This document shows, one piece after another, positions 41,770 to 55,813 of a stretch of 64,000 nt of DNA. The translations under genes and the position numbers were made by a program. Location: contig OX597822.1 in NCBI GenBank assembly GCA_951406725.2, forward strand, positions 30,256,001 to 30,320,000, written 5' to 3'. This stretch comes from Octopus vulgaris. Lineage: Eukaryota. The notes under the pieces are model-generated. The model saw only the letters and a program-made list of their open reading frames with translations. It had not been told where the DNA came from and made no database searches. Position 1 is the stretch's first letter. Every line of letters starts with the position of its first letter.

Positions 41770-42622
41770 TCCAACTATATAATGTTGATGATCGAATAGT
41801 CAGAGTGCTTGGCTTACGATCATAAAATCGCGGGGACAATACCTGGTCTGAGTGGCACACTGTACTCTTGGGGAAAGGACTTTATTTCACGTATTTTTCA
41901 AGCTACTCAGTTCAAAACAAGCACCTTCCACGTGTAGATCTGAAAAAATATATGGACATGACTGGGAGGGATTTAAACATTAAGTTTATCCCATCAAAGC
42001 CGGCCTAAAGTTAAATAACATTAACAACAAGGTGTCACTATGTGGTTACAAGATCTGCTGAAAATAACAGCCAATTCTTCCACAAATCACACCCAACCAC
42101 CTTATAAAAAGAAGTCGCATAAGCAACGAGTTAGAAATATCTTTTACTTGTTTCAGTAATTTGACTGCGGTCATGCTGGAGCACCGCCATTATCGAACAA
42201 ATCAACCCCGGTACTTATTCTAATGGTTTCTTCTGCCGAACCGCTAGTTTATGGGGATGTAAACACACACACACATACATATATATATATGAGGGGCTTC
42301 TTTCAGTTCCAGTGTACCAAGTCCACTCACAAGGCTTTGGTCGGCCCGAGGCTATAGTAGAAGACACTTGCCCAAGGTGCCACGCAGTGGGACTGAAACC
42401 GGAACCATGCGGTTCAGAAGGAAGCTTCTTACCACACAGCAACTCCTAATGAAATTCAAACAAAATCTTGTACATAACTTCTTCACTAATGTCTAATTCC
42501 ATTATCACATAAGCTCTATGCAATCTTTTAATATGTTACATATATATATATGTCCCGTCATTCTGGCTACAGAGATATTTTCAATATTTTATCTGTTCCT
42601 CTCACTAATATATATATATATA

Positions 42623-42662
<40 letters not shown>

Positions 42663-42727
42663 AATATATATATATGTACATATATATATATATATATACG
42701 TACATATATGTATATATATATATATAC

Positions 42728-42811
<84 letters not shown>

Positions 42812-42926
42812 GTAAATATATATATATGTATATATATATATGTAAATATATATATATATGTATATATATATATGTAAATATATATATATGTGTAAATATA
42901 TATATATATATATACGTACATATATG

Positions 42927-42962
<36 letters not shown>

Positions 42963-42999
42963 GTACATATATGTATATATATATATATATATACGTACA

Positions 43000-43043
<44 letters not shown>

Positions 43044-43766
43044 TGAATGTATATATATATATATATATATATATACATACGTGTATGTATGTGTGTAGAA
43101 GTATATGTATATGCAGAGATGTATATTTCTCTCTCTCTCCCCTTACGCACACATGTATGTATGCATATGTATGTATGTGTGTGTGATGTCTCCGCATACC
43201 TCACCTTGTAAACACTAATCGTACACAGGCAGTGGGTTATTAATACTATGAAATCAATTCGCTCATAATTGTGTTTCAAGCTGAACTATAAATGCAGTTC
43301 TTCTCAGGGCAAGTATGCAAAATTATATCATAAAAGTGAAAATATGCATAATAATCATACAACTTTATTAGATTTTTTCAGCAAATATTACTCATCACAT
43401 CGTAGTCTATGTCTTCAAATTCTCATGAGAAACACGCAACCACATAAGAAATTTGTTAGTTTAACAACAGGTATATGCTCAATCGGTACCACCCAGGTAG
43501 CACTCACAATCACACACGCGCGTGCGCGCACACACACATGCACACACACACACACACATGCACACACACATGCACACGTATGTAGATGCATACGTACATA
43601 CAAATACACACGTACATAGGTACATACATACATACATGCAAACTTGCATACAAATGTATATCCATATATGCACACACACACACATATATGTGTGTGCATA
43701 TACATGTGTATGTGTATACATGTGGGTGTATACATATGCATATAAATATTTACTCACACACGAACA

Positions 43767-43816
<50 letters not shown>

Positions 43817-44114
43817 AATATAAGAGATAGTGGTGTCATTGAGACCCAAAGGTATCAGGTAATGCTGAATAAATGCTATAGACAGACCATAGTTAAGTTC
43901 CAGATTCGGTAATATTGCGAATAAAGGGTTCAATGTTGGTTCTATGTCAGCGTGTGTATATAAGAATTTTTTGCGTAATGTGATAAAAAACCAAGGCTAA
44001 GTGCTCTAATATCTATACAGCCTTGGTTTTTTTTTTATCTTAAAACGCTAAAAATTCTTATATATAAATATATACATATAGAGATATAGACATAGATAGA
44101 TTGACAGATAGGTT

Positions 44115-44196
<82 letters not shown>

Positions 44197-44820
44197 TTAA
44201 TATACACGGTTTTAAAAAGAGCTACTAATAATTTCATGCTGTAGAGATGCTGGGCCATTTATGAAACTCAATTTGACAGGATCAAAACTGCAGGCCCTGG
44301 CATCACTGATAGAGCTTCTCGTCTTTAGATAAAATACTGTATTTCTCTACAGTATTAAACACATACGAGCAAACACACATTAAGAGGGTTGTTTGTTATG
44401 GCCGGCCAGAGTGACCATTGTTTTCGCATCTATAAGGCGCCTAAATATATTGGGGAGTTTCCAGACTCAAATGGCTGGGGGCACATAACCATATATGATG
44501 AAGAGAACCCAATAAGGTTCGAAAATCGATTAAGGGTGTTCATCATTTTTTCAGTCTGCGGAGAAATGGCTAAAATTTGCCCTGTTTATAATTATAACAT
44601 ATGTTACACACACACACACACACATGGTGCTGTACACACATTTAATGTGGTTTTAGAGTCAAGTTTTGGTTGCTATTTCCAGCGTGGTGGTGTCTCTTAG
44701 ATACCATAAATTATAATTTTAATAATAATTATTACCTTTGAAGGTTTTTATTCCCATGTTGGCCACTCGATAAGATCGATATTTAAATTAACGATCATAT
44801 CCTTATTTATATAAGTTTAC

Positions 44821-44881
<61 letters not shown>

Positions 44882-45565
44882 CATATATTCGCACAAACAC
44901 CATCTGGCAGGGTACAAAACAGACAGATAGACATATGATAAATGGATAGATATATATAGATATATGTTCATACATTTATTAGTGTATAATAGTTAACAAA
45001 ATATAGACAAACTGTATGAACCAGTAACAGCAACATATGATAAATAAAATCTAGTTTCTAAATATTTGTTCTTGGCCACTTCTTGACTTACCTAATATAG
45101 CTTCTATTTCTCTCTGCTCCGAAGTAGACATTGTAAGAGCTGAAGGTCATTAACCCTCTTGAATTTTATGAGGTTACGTTTATTTTTTTTTTTTATATCT
45201 TGCAATAAATATAATCAATTGAAATAACCATGGTCGAAATATATCTGTATTGCGTGGAATGAACTATGAATATATTTGATAGGGCAAGAAGAAATTTGTG
45301 ATAATGCACTTGTCTCATAAATTTTTATCAGATTTTGTCCTTGACGGTTCGGTGCTATCTTACGGTTCTGAGTCTTTTGTCATAGGCGCAGGCGAGGCTG
45401 TGTGGTTAGAGATTTGCTTCTTGACCACGTGGTTCTCGGTTCAGTCCCACAGAGTGGCACTTTGGACAAGTGTCTTCTATCGTAGCCCCGGACCGGTTAA
45501 ATGGTAGACGGTAACTGAAAGAAATCACTCGTATATATGTGTGCATGTGTGTGTGTGTGTGTGTG

Positions 45566-45612
<47 letters not shown>

Positions 45613-46420
45613 AGCGTGTGCATGCGTGTGCGTGTGCGTGTAAGCGCTTGTCCCACACCACCACTTGACAACCGTTGTTAAGTTATTTACCTCTCCATAA
45701 CTTAGTGGTTCGGCAAATAGAACTCGATTGAATGAGTTCCAGGCTTCCAGGCTTAAAAAAAAAAAAAGATAAATACTGGAATTTATTTGTTCAGTTACGA
45801 ACTGAAGTCGATTTAATCGACTTAATCTCTTTGTCTGTCCTTGTTTGTCCCCTCTATGTTTAGCCCCTCGTGGGCAGTAAAGAAGTAAGAAGCTGCATGC
45901 ATTTAATTTGTATCATGTAGAAGCGAACGCATTGTGCATAGTGTAATGTGCAAAATATAATACAAATTATAAATGCAAAATGTATAATATATGTAAAAAA
46001 ATCATGTGCAATGTATCACACGACTGTGACAAAAGCGACAATTTGGATATTCGTGTCACCGTGTTAAAGTAATTGTGTGTCACCCTGTAGGTATGTTGAC
46101 ATTATTCCTTGGCTTTTTCTATGGCTTAAACTTGCAGTAGTGCAATCTTAACCCAGTATTTCGGTTATAGTTATAGCAATCGTTGTAAGGTTTGTGTTTT
46201 GGAGTTCCTATTTTAATGTGTATGGGAGCCAGGGTTCTTTTTAAATGCAAATGTTAAAGTGGGTGCATGATAATTAGAGGGTTGTGGCGGTTATGGTAAT
46301 GATTGCAATGTAATGGTATACTCGGTTTGTTGTGCCGATATGTGTTGGGATGTGTGATGGCATGTGAAGGGAAAAGTGTGGTGGTTGAGGAGAAGATCCG
46401 GGTTGGATTCGGTATTTGGT

Positions 46421-46592
46421 GCCGTTACGTTGTGAGTTCAAATTCCGCCGAGGTCGACTTTGCCTTTCATCCTTTCGGGGTCGATAAATTAAGTACCAGT
46501 TACGCACTGGGGTCGATGTAATCGATTTAATACCTATGTCTGCCCTTGTTTGTCCCCTCCGTGTTTAGCCCCTTGTGGGTAATAAAGAGATA
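46421..46592 (+). mobile_element. 5'-truncated SINE A with 10 bp TSD ggtatttggt
   Basis: TSD at 46411-46420 and 46593-46602. Confidence 0.85.
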
Positions 46593-46680
46593 GGTATTTG
46601 GTAGGGATTGGGATAAGCTTGACGTTTTGTAGTTTAAACAGTTTTGTGTATGTATGAGTGTGTGTGTGTGTGAATAATGA

Positions 46681-48798
46681 CAATATCTATCATATACACT
46701 GATATTTATATACTTTCACTGACGCATATATAATAAAGACCAGTGTCTAAAGACTGTCGAATATAACTATAATGAGGCAGCATTATTCAGTTTACATAAG
46801 ATATTACTCATCACAGTTTATGCTTTCTCGTTCTCATGAGAAACATGTAATCACATACGAATTTGTTGATGTGACAAATAAAAAAGCTTGATTGATTAAA
46901 TCCTTTTGTTTTTCTGCGACTAATAATAATCCAGCATGGTTTTATTTGTGAGTTTGTGAGTACCTGTATTTAGAATTGAGTGGTAAATGTGAACTAGACC
47001 TGATGATGTATATGTCTATTTTATCATTCATAATCTTCAAAAATATTTTATAACAATATGCAAATAATACTAAAAATATTCGACATAGATGTGTCAATTT
47101 TTGGAACGAAAGAGAACAATAGACCAACTTTCAGGTTTCAAACCATGCACTTATTGTTTGTTGGGTGACCGGTTTAATAATTATGCTACTGTGTACCTGC
47201 CAATGTATTCCTTCAAAATTAGGCACAATAAATATGTGATAATTAAGACTTGAATCTGTATGTATGTATGTATGTATGTATGTATGTATGTATGTATGTA
47301 TGTATGTATGTATGTATGCATGTATGTATGAATGTATGCATGTATGTATATATATATATATGTATGTATGTATGCATGAATGTATGTGCGCATGCGTGCA
47401 TGTGTAGGTATATACGTGCGTATGTATATGCATGCATATACGTATGTATGCATGTATGTATGTATGTATGCATGCATGTATGTATGTATGCATGTATATA
47501 TATATATGTATGTATGTATGTATGTATGCATGTATGCATGTATGCATGTATGTATGTATGCATGTATATATATATATATGTATGTATGTATGTATGCATG
47601 TATGTATGTGCGCATGCGTGCATGTGTAGGTATGTACGTGCGTATGTATATGCATGCATATACGTATGTATGGATAGATGTATGGATGTATTTATGTATG
47701 TGTGCATGTAAGTACGTATGTATTTATCTATCAATCTACATATTCAAATTATACAATAAGGCAATAAACATGTGGTATTGATTATATATGTGTGTGTGTG
47801 TATCTGTGTGTGTATGTGTGCGTGCGAGTGGGTATATATGTATATACGTATATATATATATATATGTATACAAACACACACACACACACCGTCTTGGTAA
47901 TATGCACATGGAATGTTGCATCATTGCTCATATGTACCACCGGGTCACGCACCGACTCTGACTCTGGGATCATATTACCTTCTGATCCAGTGTATTCCGA
48001 TTTTAGCCTGGTGTTGGACCGATAGTGGAGTGCCTGAAATTTCATACCATTGAACTGCATGTCACTTTTGTTAGCCCATTTGTAGATTTCATTCAGGTCT
48101 TTCTGCAGTTTTATGATGTCCTCTGGGTGCCTAACTACCTGCGATACTTTATATCTATCAATATACAATATCTATCATATACACTGATATTTATATACTT
48201 TCACTGACGCATATATAATAAAGACCAGTGTCTAAAGACTGTCGAATATAACTATAATGAGGCAGTATTATTCAGTTTACATAAGATATTACTCATCACA
48301 GTTTATGCTTTCTCGTTCTCATGAGAAACATGTAATCACATACGAATTTGTTGATGTGACAAATAAAAAAACTTGATTGATTAAATCCTTTTGTTTTTCT
48401 GCGACTAATAATAATCCAGCATGGTTTTATTTGTGAGTTTGTGAGTACTTGAATTTAGAATTGAGTGGTAAATGTGAACTAGACCTGATGATGTATATGT
48501 CTATTTTATCATTCATAATCTTCAAAAATATTTTATAACAATATGCAAATAATACTAAAAATATTCGACATAGATGTGTCAATTTTTGGAACGAAAGAGA
48601 ACAATAGACCAACTTTCAGGTTTCAAGCCATGCACTTATTGTTTGTAGGGTGACCGCTTTATAATTATGCTACTGTGTACCTGCCAATGTATTCCTTCAA
48701 AATTAGGCACAATAAATATGTGATAATTAAGACTTGAATCTGTATTTTTGCATGTATGTATGTATGTATGTATGTATGTATGTATGTATGTATATATG

Positions 48799-48830
<32 letters not shown>

Positions 48831-49390
48831 CATGCATGTATGTATGTGCGCATGCGTGCATGTGTAGGTATGTACGTGCGTATGTATATGCATGTATATA
48901 TGTATGTATGGATGGATGTATGGATGTATTTATGTATGTGTGCATGTAAGTACGTATGTATTTATCTATCAATCTACATATTCAAATTATACAATAAGGC
49001 AATAAACATGTGGTATTGATTATATATGTGTGTGTATGTGTGCGCGCGGGTGTGTATATATGTATATACGTATATATATGTATACAAACACACACAAACA
49101 CACGCACACACTGACACACACACACACACCATCTTGGTAATATGCACATGGAATGTTGCATCATTGCTCATATGTACCACCGGGTCACGCACTGACTCTG
49201 ACTCTGGGATCATATTACCTTCTGGTCCAGTGTATTCCGATTTTAGCCTGGTGTTGGACCGATAGTAGAGTGCCTGAAATTTCATACCATTGAACTGCAT
49301 GTTACTTTTGTTAGCCCATTTGTAGATTTCGTTAAGGTCTTTCTGTAGTTTTATGATGTCCTCTGGGTGCCTAACTGCCTGCGATACTTT
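46681..49390 (+). repeat. Recent tandem duplication (46681-48150 and 48166-49390)
   Basis: Both units start caatatctatcatatacactg and end gcgatacttt; scattered substitutions and different microsatellite lengths. Confidence 0.95.
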
Positions 49391-49825
49391 TGTGTCGTCA
49401 GCATAACTGGTCAGATTGGCTGACTACCACGGAAGGCATGTCTGGGAGGGCCACCATAAATAGTAGTGGCTCCAGTACAGTTCCCTGTGGGACTCCGCTG
49501 AGAATTGGTAACTCTTGAGTGAGCACCATTGGCTACAACTATCTGATTCCTGCCCTTCAGAAAATCATGCAGCCACACTCCCAGTTTCCCGGTAATACCA
49601 AGGTTTCGCAGCTTGTGACATATCATGACATGATCAACCTTGTGGAAAGCTTTGGCAAAGTCGAGGTATATCACGCCTACAGCTGACTGGTTTAGCTGTT
49701 GCTTCAGTACCAAGTCAAAGTGCTGCAGCAACTGTGTGAGGTGGCTCCCTCCTAGACAGCAGCCTTGACGCGTGTTCTAGGAACGTGATCAGCCTTTTTC
49801 TTACAATGGATTCCATGCGTTCCAT
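49130..49825 (-). pseudogene. CR1/L2-group LINE reverse transcriptase fragment (partial duplicate at 47890-48150)
   Basis: VIYLDFAKAFHKVDH, GVPQGTVL, YADDTK (49394-49405), LQKDLNEIYKWA..MQFN; frameshifted. Confidence 0.9.
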
Positions 49826-50783
49826 TGCATTGCATTCCATATATATATACTTATGCATATATGGGTACAGGAGGCGACCAAAAGTAAACAACATGAAATA
49901 CGAAAACAAATGATTTAAATACGCAAATAACGAGAGAAAAATATGGAAAACAAGACAAGTAATACAAAGAATACAAAGAACGACTCTTCATCAGTTGTCG
50001 GCTGAGATGGCAATCCAGGGTATCCAACCAGCTGAGATGAAACAATATCTCATGATGAAATATTTCTTGATCATTTAACTCTACTAATTAAGTTGATCTG
50101 GTTAGCTTTCCGGGATTAGGGCATGTTCCATTTTAAAAAGCAAAATGCATTTTGATCGTTAAAAGATGGGTTCTTCTATTTAATAATCTTTTGTTCTGTG
50201 GTAACAATTTCTTACGGTGTAGAAGTGTGTAGCTTGAGAATTGGCCTAACAAGAAAAACCAAGAACTGCTCTACATGCATGTAGAAAACTGCTCAGCTCT
50301 ACATGGAATGACCAGGAAAAATCATAAAACAACTACGAATACTTTCTCGCAGCCCCTAAAACAACAACAACAAAAAAATACAGATTAAAGTAAAAGCCTT
50401 TGTCAAGTTTTGTAGTGTCTTGGGAAGGTCATTAAACCAGTTTTAATTACATACGCACTGGTTCAATTCCATTCTTTTATCATTAATCAGTTGGTTAAAT
50501 ATCTGACCAGCTAACTCAGCGATCGTTTCTTTAACTAGTTGGTTAAACAGTCAATCGTTCTTTTTTTGTTTTTGCTTTTGTTTGTCAAAGTTTTTTTCGT
50601 CACCATTCGCAACCTTTCCAGTGACTATTTTTCCCACTTCACTACGGAGGCTACTTTTGCTTGTCAAGTTTATAAAGTCACTAAAATTGAGTTCAGCTGG
50701 AAATATCGCATTTTTTCACTTTGACCGACAGATTTTTAAAATAATTTCTTTGTAACTAAACACTTTTAAACTTCGTATACTGG

Positions 50784-50845
<62 letters not shown>

Positions 50846-51284
50846 GGGAGAGAGAGAGAGAGAAAATAGGGGAGAGGGAATCATAACCATTGAATAATTG
50901 AACATGATTAACATAAAAAAATTTTCCTCTCCTAATACACGCAAAGAGAAATGCGCTCACTCACACACATAAACACAGAGAGAAAGAGAACAAGATAAGC
51001 ATGAAGATGTCTGGTCTGATGTCAAATACATCAGCAACACTAAATCTAATCCACTAACAAGGCTTCGATCGATCTGGGGTTATATTATGTGACACTTATC
51101 CAAGGTGGCATGCAGTGGGACTGAACCTGGAACTATGTGACTGTGAAGTAAACTTCTTACCACACAGCCATACCAGCACCTGTTAACCATGCCTGTGTGA
51201 GCATGTGTGCATATGTGTGTATGTGTATATGTATGTTTATGTATGGAAAGCGGATGCTAAATGATGATGATGATGATGATAGAT

Positions 51285-51492
51285 CGCCATGTTGATTCGT
51301 TAGCTACTGCACACATTTTTTTTCTCTCCTCTTTCTGTGTTTTTCTCTCTCTGTGTATCTTTCTGTTGAAGAGCGTAGGCTCGAAACGTTAAAGACTTGT
51401 TTTATTTATATTTCCTGAGCGCCATACTAATACAATTGTTCGTTTGTTTTCCACCTGCCTCCGTCTTTTGTCTATTTTCATAAAGCTTCCCG
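51285..51492 (+). mobile_element. Second copy of hammerhead-bearing repeat family H1
   Basis: Homologous to 8000-8200; ends ttcccgt followed by (TA)n. Confidence 0.7.
51358..51395 (+). ncRNA. Minimal hammerhead-like motif with CUGUUGA core
   Basis: tcttt-CTGTTGA-a-[gagc GTAG gctc]-GAAA-cg-TT-aaaga; 5 bp stem I, palindromic ACGT stem III; predicted GUU cleavage after 51390. Confidence 0.55.
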
Positions 51493-51535
<43 letters not shown>

Positions 51536-51930
51536 TGATTTTTTTCTGTATATAAAGGCTATATCTATTTTGCATGTACACTGTTTATTGGTGTGGGCCA
51601 TTGGATACTCAGTGGCATTTTTTGAAGGATGGGTAATATGTCATGTTGTACAAAACTTGTATTTCAAGTTGGAAGATTGTGTTTGTGCATGCATGCGTGT
51701 ACGTATATGAGAGGAGTGAGTGCATGTATTAGGTTATAAAAAGATATGCACACACACACACACACATGCACACACACACACACACAAAGACACACACATG
51801 CACAAGCACACACACAAATACACTCACACACACACACATATATGTAAGTAACTATATGTGTATATATATAAATCTTTACATACACATACAAGCCTATATA
51901 CATTGATATATACATATAAAAGCTCACGTC

Positions 51931-51968
<38 letters not shown>

Positions 51969-51997
51969 TTATATATAATATCTATATGTATGTGTCT

Positions 51998-52035
<38 letters not shown>

Positions 52036-52256
52036 TACATGTTTATGCATATGCAAGTGTGTGGATTGGTGCATATGTCTTTGTTTCTGTGCACATGAAT
52101 GTATGCACCCCTCCACACACATGTACATATATATATATCACCTTGTATCACCGTGACCGACCAGACTATCAAATGTTGCTACACGTCGCTGGTCACAATG
52201 CGCTTCTCATTGTTTTGGCCTTCAAATGACACCACCCCGCTGGCTAAGTGAGCAGG

Positions 52257-52328
<72 letters not shown>

Positions 52329-52526
52329 CTGTAAACTAGTGCACCTCTTATTATTGGTGTAAATATGAACTTATTACCTGAGTATAGAAGATAATGTTTC
52401 AAAGCAGTTGTTCATAATTATTCGCTTTTCCTTTGGTTTTCAAAGAGATATTCATATCAATATGATGGTACACTATGATCACTATGATGGTACAAATATG
52501 ACGTGACATACTTTATCTTGTCTGCC

Positions 52527-52575
<49 letters not shown>

Positions 52576-52637
52576 GACTGACTGACTGATTGTTTGTATG
52601 CATGTATCGATGTATGATGGTCCTTTTTACAGTTTTT

Positions 52638-52868
52638 TATTTCTTTATTGCCCACAAGGGGCTAAACACAGAGAAGACAAACAAGGACAGACAAACGGAT
52701 TAAGTCGATTACATCGACCCCAGTGCGCAACTGGTACTTAATTTATCGACCCCGAAAGGATGAAAGGCAAAGTCAACCTCAGCAGAATTTGAAATCAGAA
52801 TGTAGTGGCAGATGAAATAACGCTAAGCATTTCGTCCGGTGTACTAATGTTTCTGCTAGCTCACTGCC
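52638..52868 (-). mobile_element. Full-length SINE A, CpG-decayed
   Basis: TSD tttttacagttttt; many CG>CA/TG changes relative to 41540-41769. Confidence 0.9.
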
Positions 52869-53456
52869 TTCCTCATTTTTACAGTTTTTATCAACTCAAT
52901 GCCACAAAGCATTAGTTCACTTGCTAACTCTGACACTCAATAGGAACAAATTTAAAAAAAATATGTGGCTGCAAAGTAAACCACTGAATGGGTAAATAGC
53001 CCCTTCAGTCATGAATGACCATTTTCTAGGTGCAATCCCTTAGAAAATTCCCCTTCCAAGGTACAAGTCCATGCAAACTGGTTTATCTAAGTCCAGCAGT
53101 TGTCCATGCATAGTATCCCCTCACCACACACACACACACACTGTACATGCCACTGATGTTATCCGAGGGAAAAGGAAAGACCAGTGACACCGCAACCCAT
53201 TTCTACCGCTGAGTGAACTGAAGCAATATGAAATAAAGTGTCTTGCTCAAGAACACAACACACAGCCTGGGCTAGAAATAGAACTCACTATCTCATGATT
53301 GTGAACCTGGTGCTCTTACCACTGAGCCATGAGTCTTCACTAAACCAAAGAGTAATAACATACGCATGTATTTGTGAGTTAATGTGTATATGTAAATGTG
53401 TGTGTGTAGGTTTATGGATTTGTCTGCATGATGTATGTATGTATACATATACATAC

Positions 53457-53514
<58 letters not shown>

Positions 53515-53540
53515 ATATATGTATTAATGTATACATTTAC

Positions 53541-53581
<41 letters not shown>

Positions 53582-53681
53582 TATGTATATATATGTATAC
53601 CTACATACATACATACACACACATACACAATTATATATATATATATATGTAGACACACACACATACTCACACATAAATACA

Positions 53682-53898
53682 TGAGAGGGTACTGAAAAGT
53701 CCCTGGCATTATGGATATCGCAAAAGGTTTGGTTGGGGGCCCAACCTACCGAGTTCTTTTACAGGACTTGGAAAAACTGAAGGACTGCTGCAATAAGTAT
53801 GTGAATCTGAGAAAGGAATATGTTGAATAAAATCATAATTATGTGATCCACCCATATTTTCTTTTGCCCAAAGCCAGGAACTTTTCAATACTCACTCA
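53682..53898 (+). mobile_element. mariner-derived MITE retaining the transposase C-terminus
   Basis: TIRs gagagggtactgaaaagtccctggc / gccaggaacttttcaatactcactca|TA; internal LEKLKDCCNKYVNLRKEYVE-stop resembles mariner transposase ends. Confidence 0.8.
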
Positions 53899-54072
53899 TA
53901 CACATCCAGTGCACTCTGTAAAGTGGTTGCTGTTAGGAAGGACATGTAGCTGTAGAAACTATACTACAGATGATATTAGAACAGAACACAGTCATGCAAT
54001 TCACCAGTTGCCCATCAAACCATCCAATCTAAGCCACCACGGAGGATAGACATTAAATGATATATATATATA

Positions 54073-54488
54073 TAGGTGTAGGAGTGGCTGTGTGGTAAGT
54101 AGCTTGCTTACCAACCATATGGTTCTGGGTTCAGTCCCACTGCGTGTCACCTTTGGCAAGTGTCTTCTAATTTAGCCTCAGGCCAACCAAAGCCTTGTGA
54201 ATGGATTTGGTAGACGGAAACTGAAAGAAGTCCGTCGTATCTATGTATATATAAATATATATATATGTGTGTGAGTGTGTGTGTGTGTGTCGGTGTTTGT
54301 CCCCCCAACATCGCTTGACAACCAATGCTGGTGTGTTTACATCCCTGTAACTTAGCAGTTTGGCAAAAGAGACTGATAGAATAAGTACAAGGCTTACAAA
54401 GAATAAGTCCTGGGGTGAATTTGCTTGATTAAAGGCAGTGCTCCAACATCGCCACAGTCAAATGACTGAAACAAGTAAAAGAGTAAAA
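54073..54488 (+). mobile_element. Full-length SINE B, CpG-decayed
   Basis: taggtgtaggagtggctgtgtggtaag ... gactgaaacaagtaaaagagtaaaa. Confidence 0.9.
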
Positions 54489-55132
54489 CCGTAAGAGATA
54501 TACTCACACACACACACACACACATATATTCACACATACACACATATATTCACACACACACTCACTCTCACATATTCATGCGAGTATATATATGTATATA
54601 TGCATTTATAAATATTATATATACTAATATATATACACTTTGTCACTCAAGTTCCTCGTGTATATATTGGTATGTGTTATATTTAAAGGTACATATATAG
54701 AGAATATATGAGGAGTTTTTGTCTCAACACACACACACACATGCACGCACACACATACACACACACGTCTATAAATAATATACACAGCAATATATACTCT
54801 ATGTTACTTACTCCCTTCGTTCATGAACACGCATGCTTGCACATACAGAGCCTTTTAACTTGAAATACTTGTTTTTCACAAAACTGACATCACACACATC
54901 ACTCATAAAATAGCGTCAGAGAACCTAGCAATTTATTAGCAAGATTGATATATTTGCTCGTTATGTACATATAAGGAAGCATACTAAAAGCCACCCTGAT
55001 GTTAAATATTGAAAAAAGCCTAATTTATGCATATATGGCTGCAACAAGTCAATTTTTCTATGTTATTATTTTTTTCTGCATTATTTATTTACACATATAT
55101 ATATATATCTTGTTTTATCTATTTTAAAATAG

Positions 55133-55186
55133 GACTCGAAAATTGCTGAAATTAGAGAAGCAACTCGTGCTTTTGACAGCTTAGAT
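55133..55186 (+). CDS. Third detected exon of the same gene (helix C of the repeat)
   Basis: ttttatctattttaaaatag|GAC...TTAGAT|gtaagt; 54 nt, phase 0-0: DSKIAEIREATRAFDSLD. Continues the helical register seen in desmoplakin (EKSAIYQLEEEYENLL, recalled). Confidence 0.65.
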
Positions 55187-55303
55187 GTAAGTATCAATGT
55201 TAAATAAAATTTAAACAATTTTAGTTTCATTTATTTAAAATTAAAAGAAGAAATTGTCATGGTTTTTGTCATCTAAATACATACAAAAATGTAAAAAATA
55301 TTA

Positions 55304-55813
55304 CCGTAAATCCTCGAGTATAGTCCTCCCTTGAGTATAATATGCAGGGGATTTTTAGGGGACTGTACCTCTGAAAAACCTAAACCTTGTGTATAATACG
55401 CACCCCTTCTCTAACTTGAGTCAAGGAGGTTTATATAATGTCCTTGGTTTGTCAAAATGTATACGGTAACGTCCTTTATTATTATTGTATATATAACATA
55501 ATACAAACGTGTAGCTTTTTTGTGCAATATTTTTGCAGAAAATAAAGAAATAACAGTAATAACGTTTAATAAATGTTGCTTACTTCAAGTTATGGATGAT
55601 TCTTTTATGACTTCATTACTGTCAAGCTTAGCTTAAGGTATTTTTGCACCCGGCATCACAAAATGCATCTGAATAAACATTGCCGGACAGCAAATAGAGA
55701 CTCGAACATTGCTTAGAAAATAATTTTCATTTTTAAACTCGTATATAGTATGCACTAGGGATTTTGACCTTTAAATTTTGGGAAAAATGTGGATTATACT
55801 CAAGGATTTATGG
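55304..55813. mobile_element. Tc2/pogo-type MITE, second copy, TA TSD
   Basis: TA|ccgtaaatcctcgagtata ... tatactcaaggatttatgg|TA; reverse orientation of 9683-10204. Confidence 0.9.

Noticed and set aside
49865-50005. Minus-strand ctgatgaag in a Penelope-like looking segment
   Set aside because: No stem II or GAAA partner in this copy, so no ribozyme can be supported.
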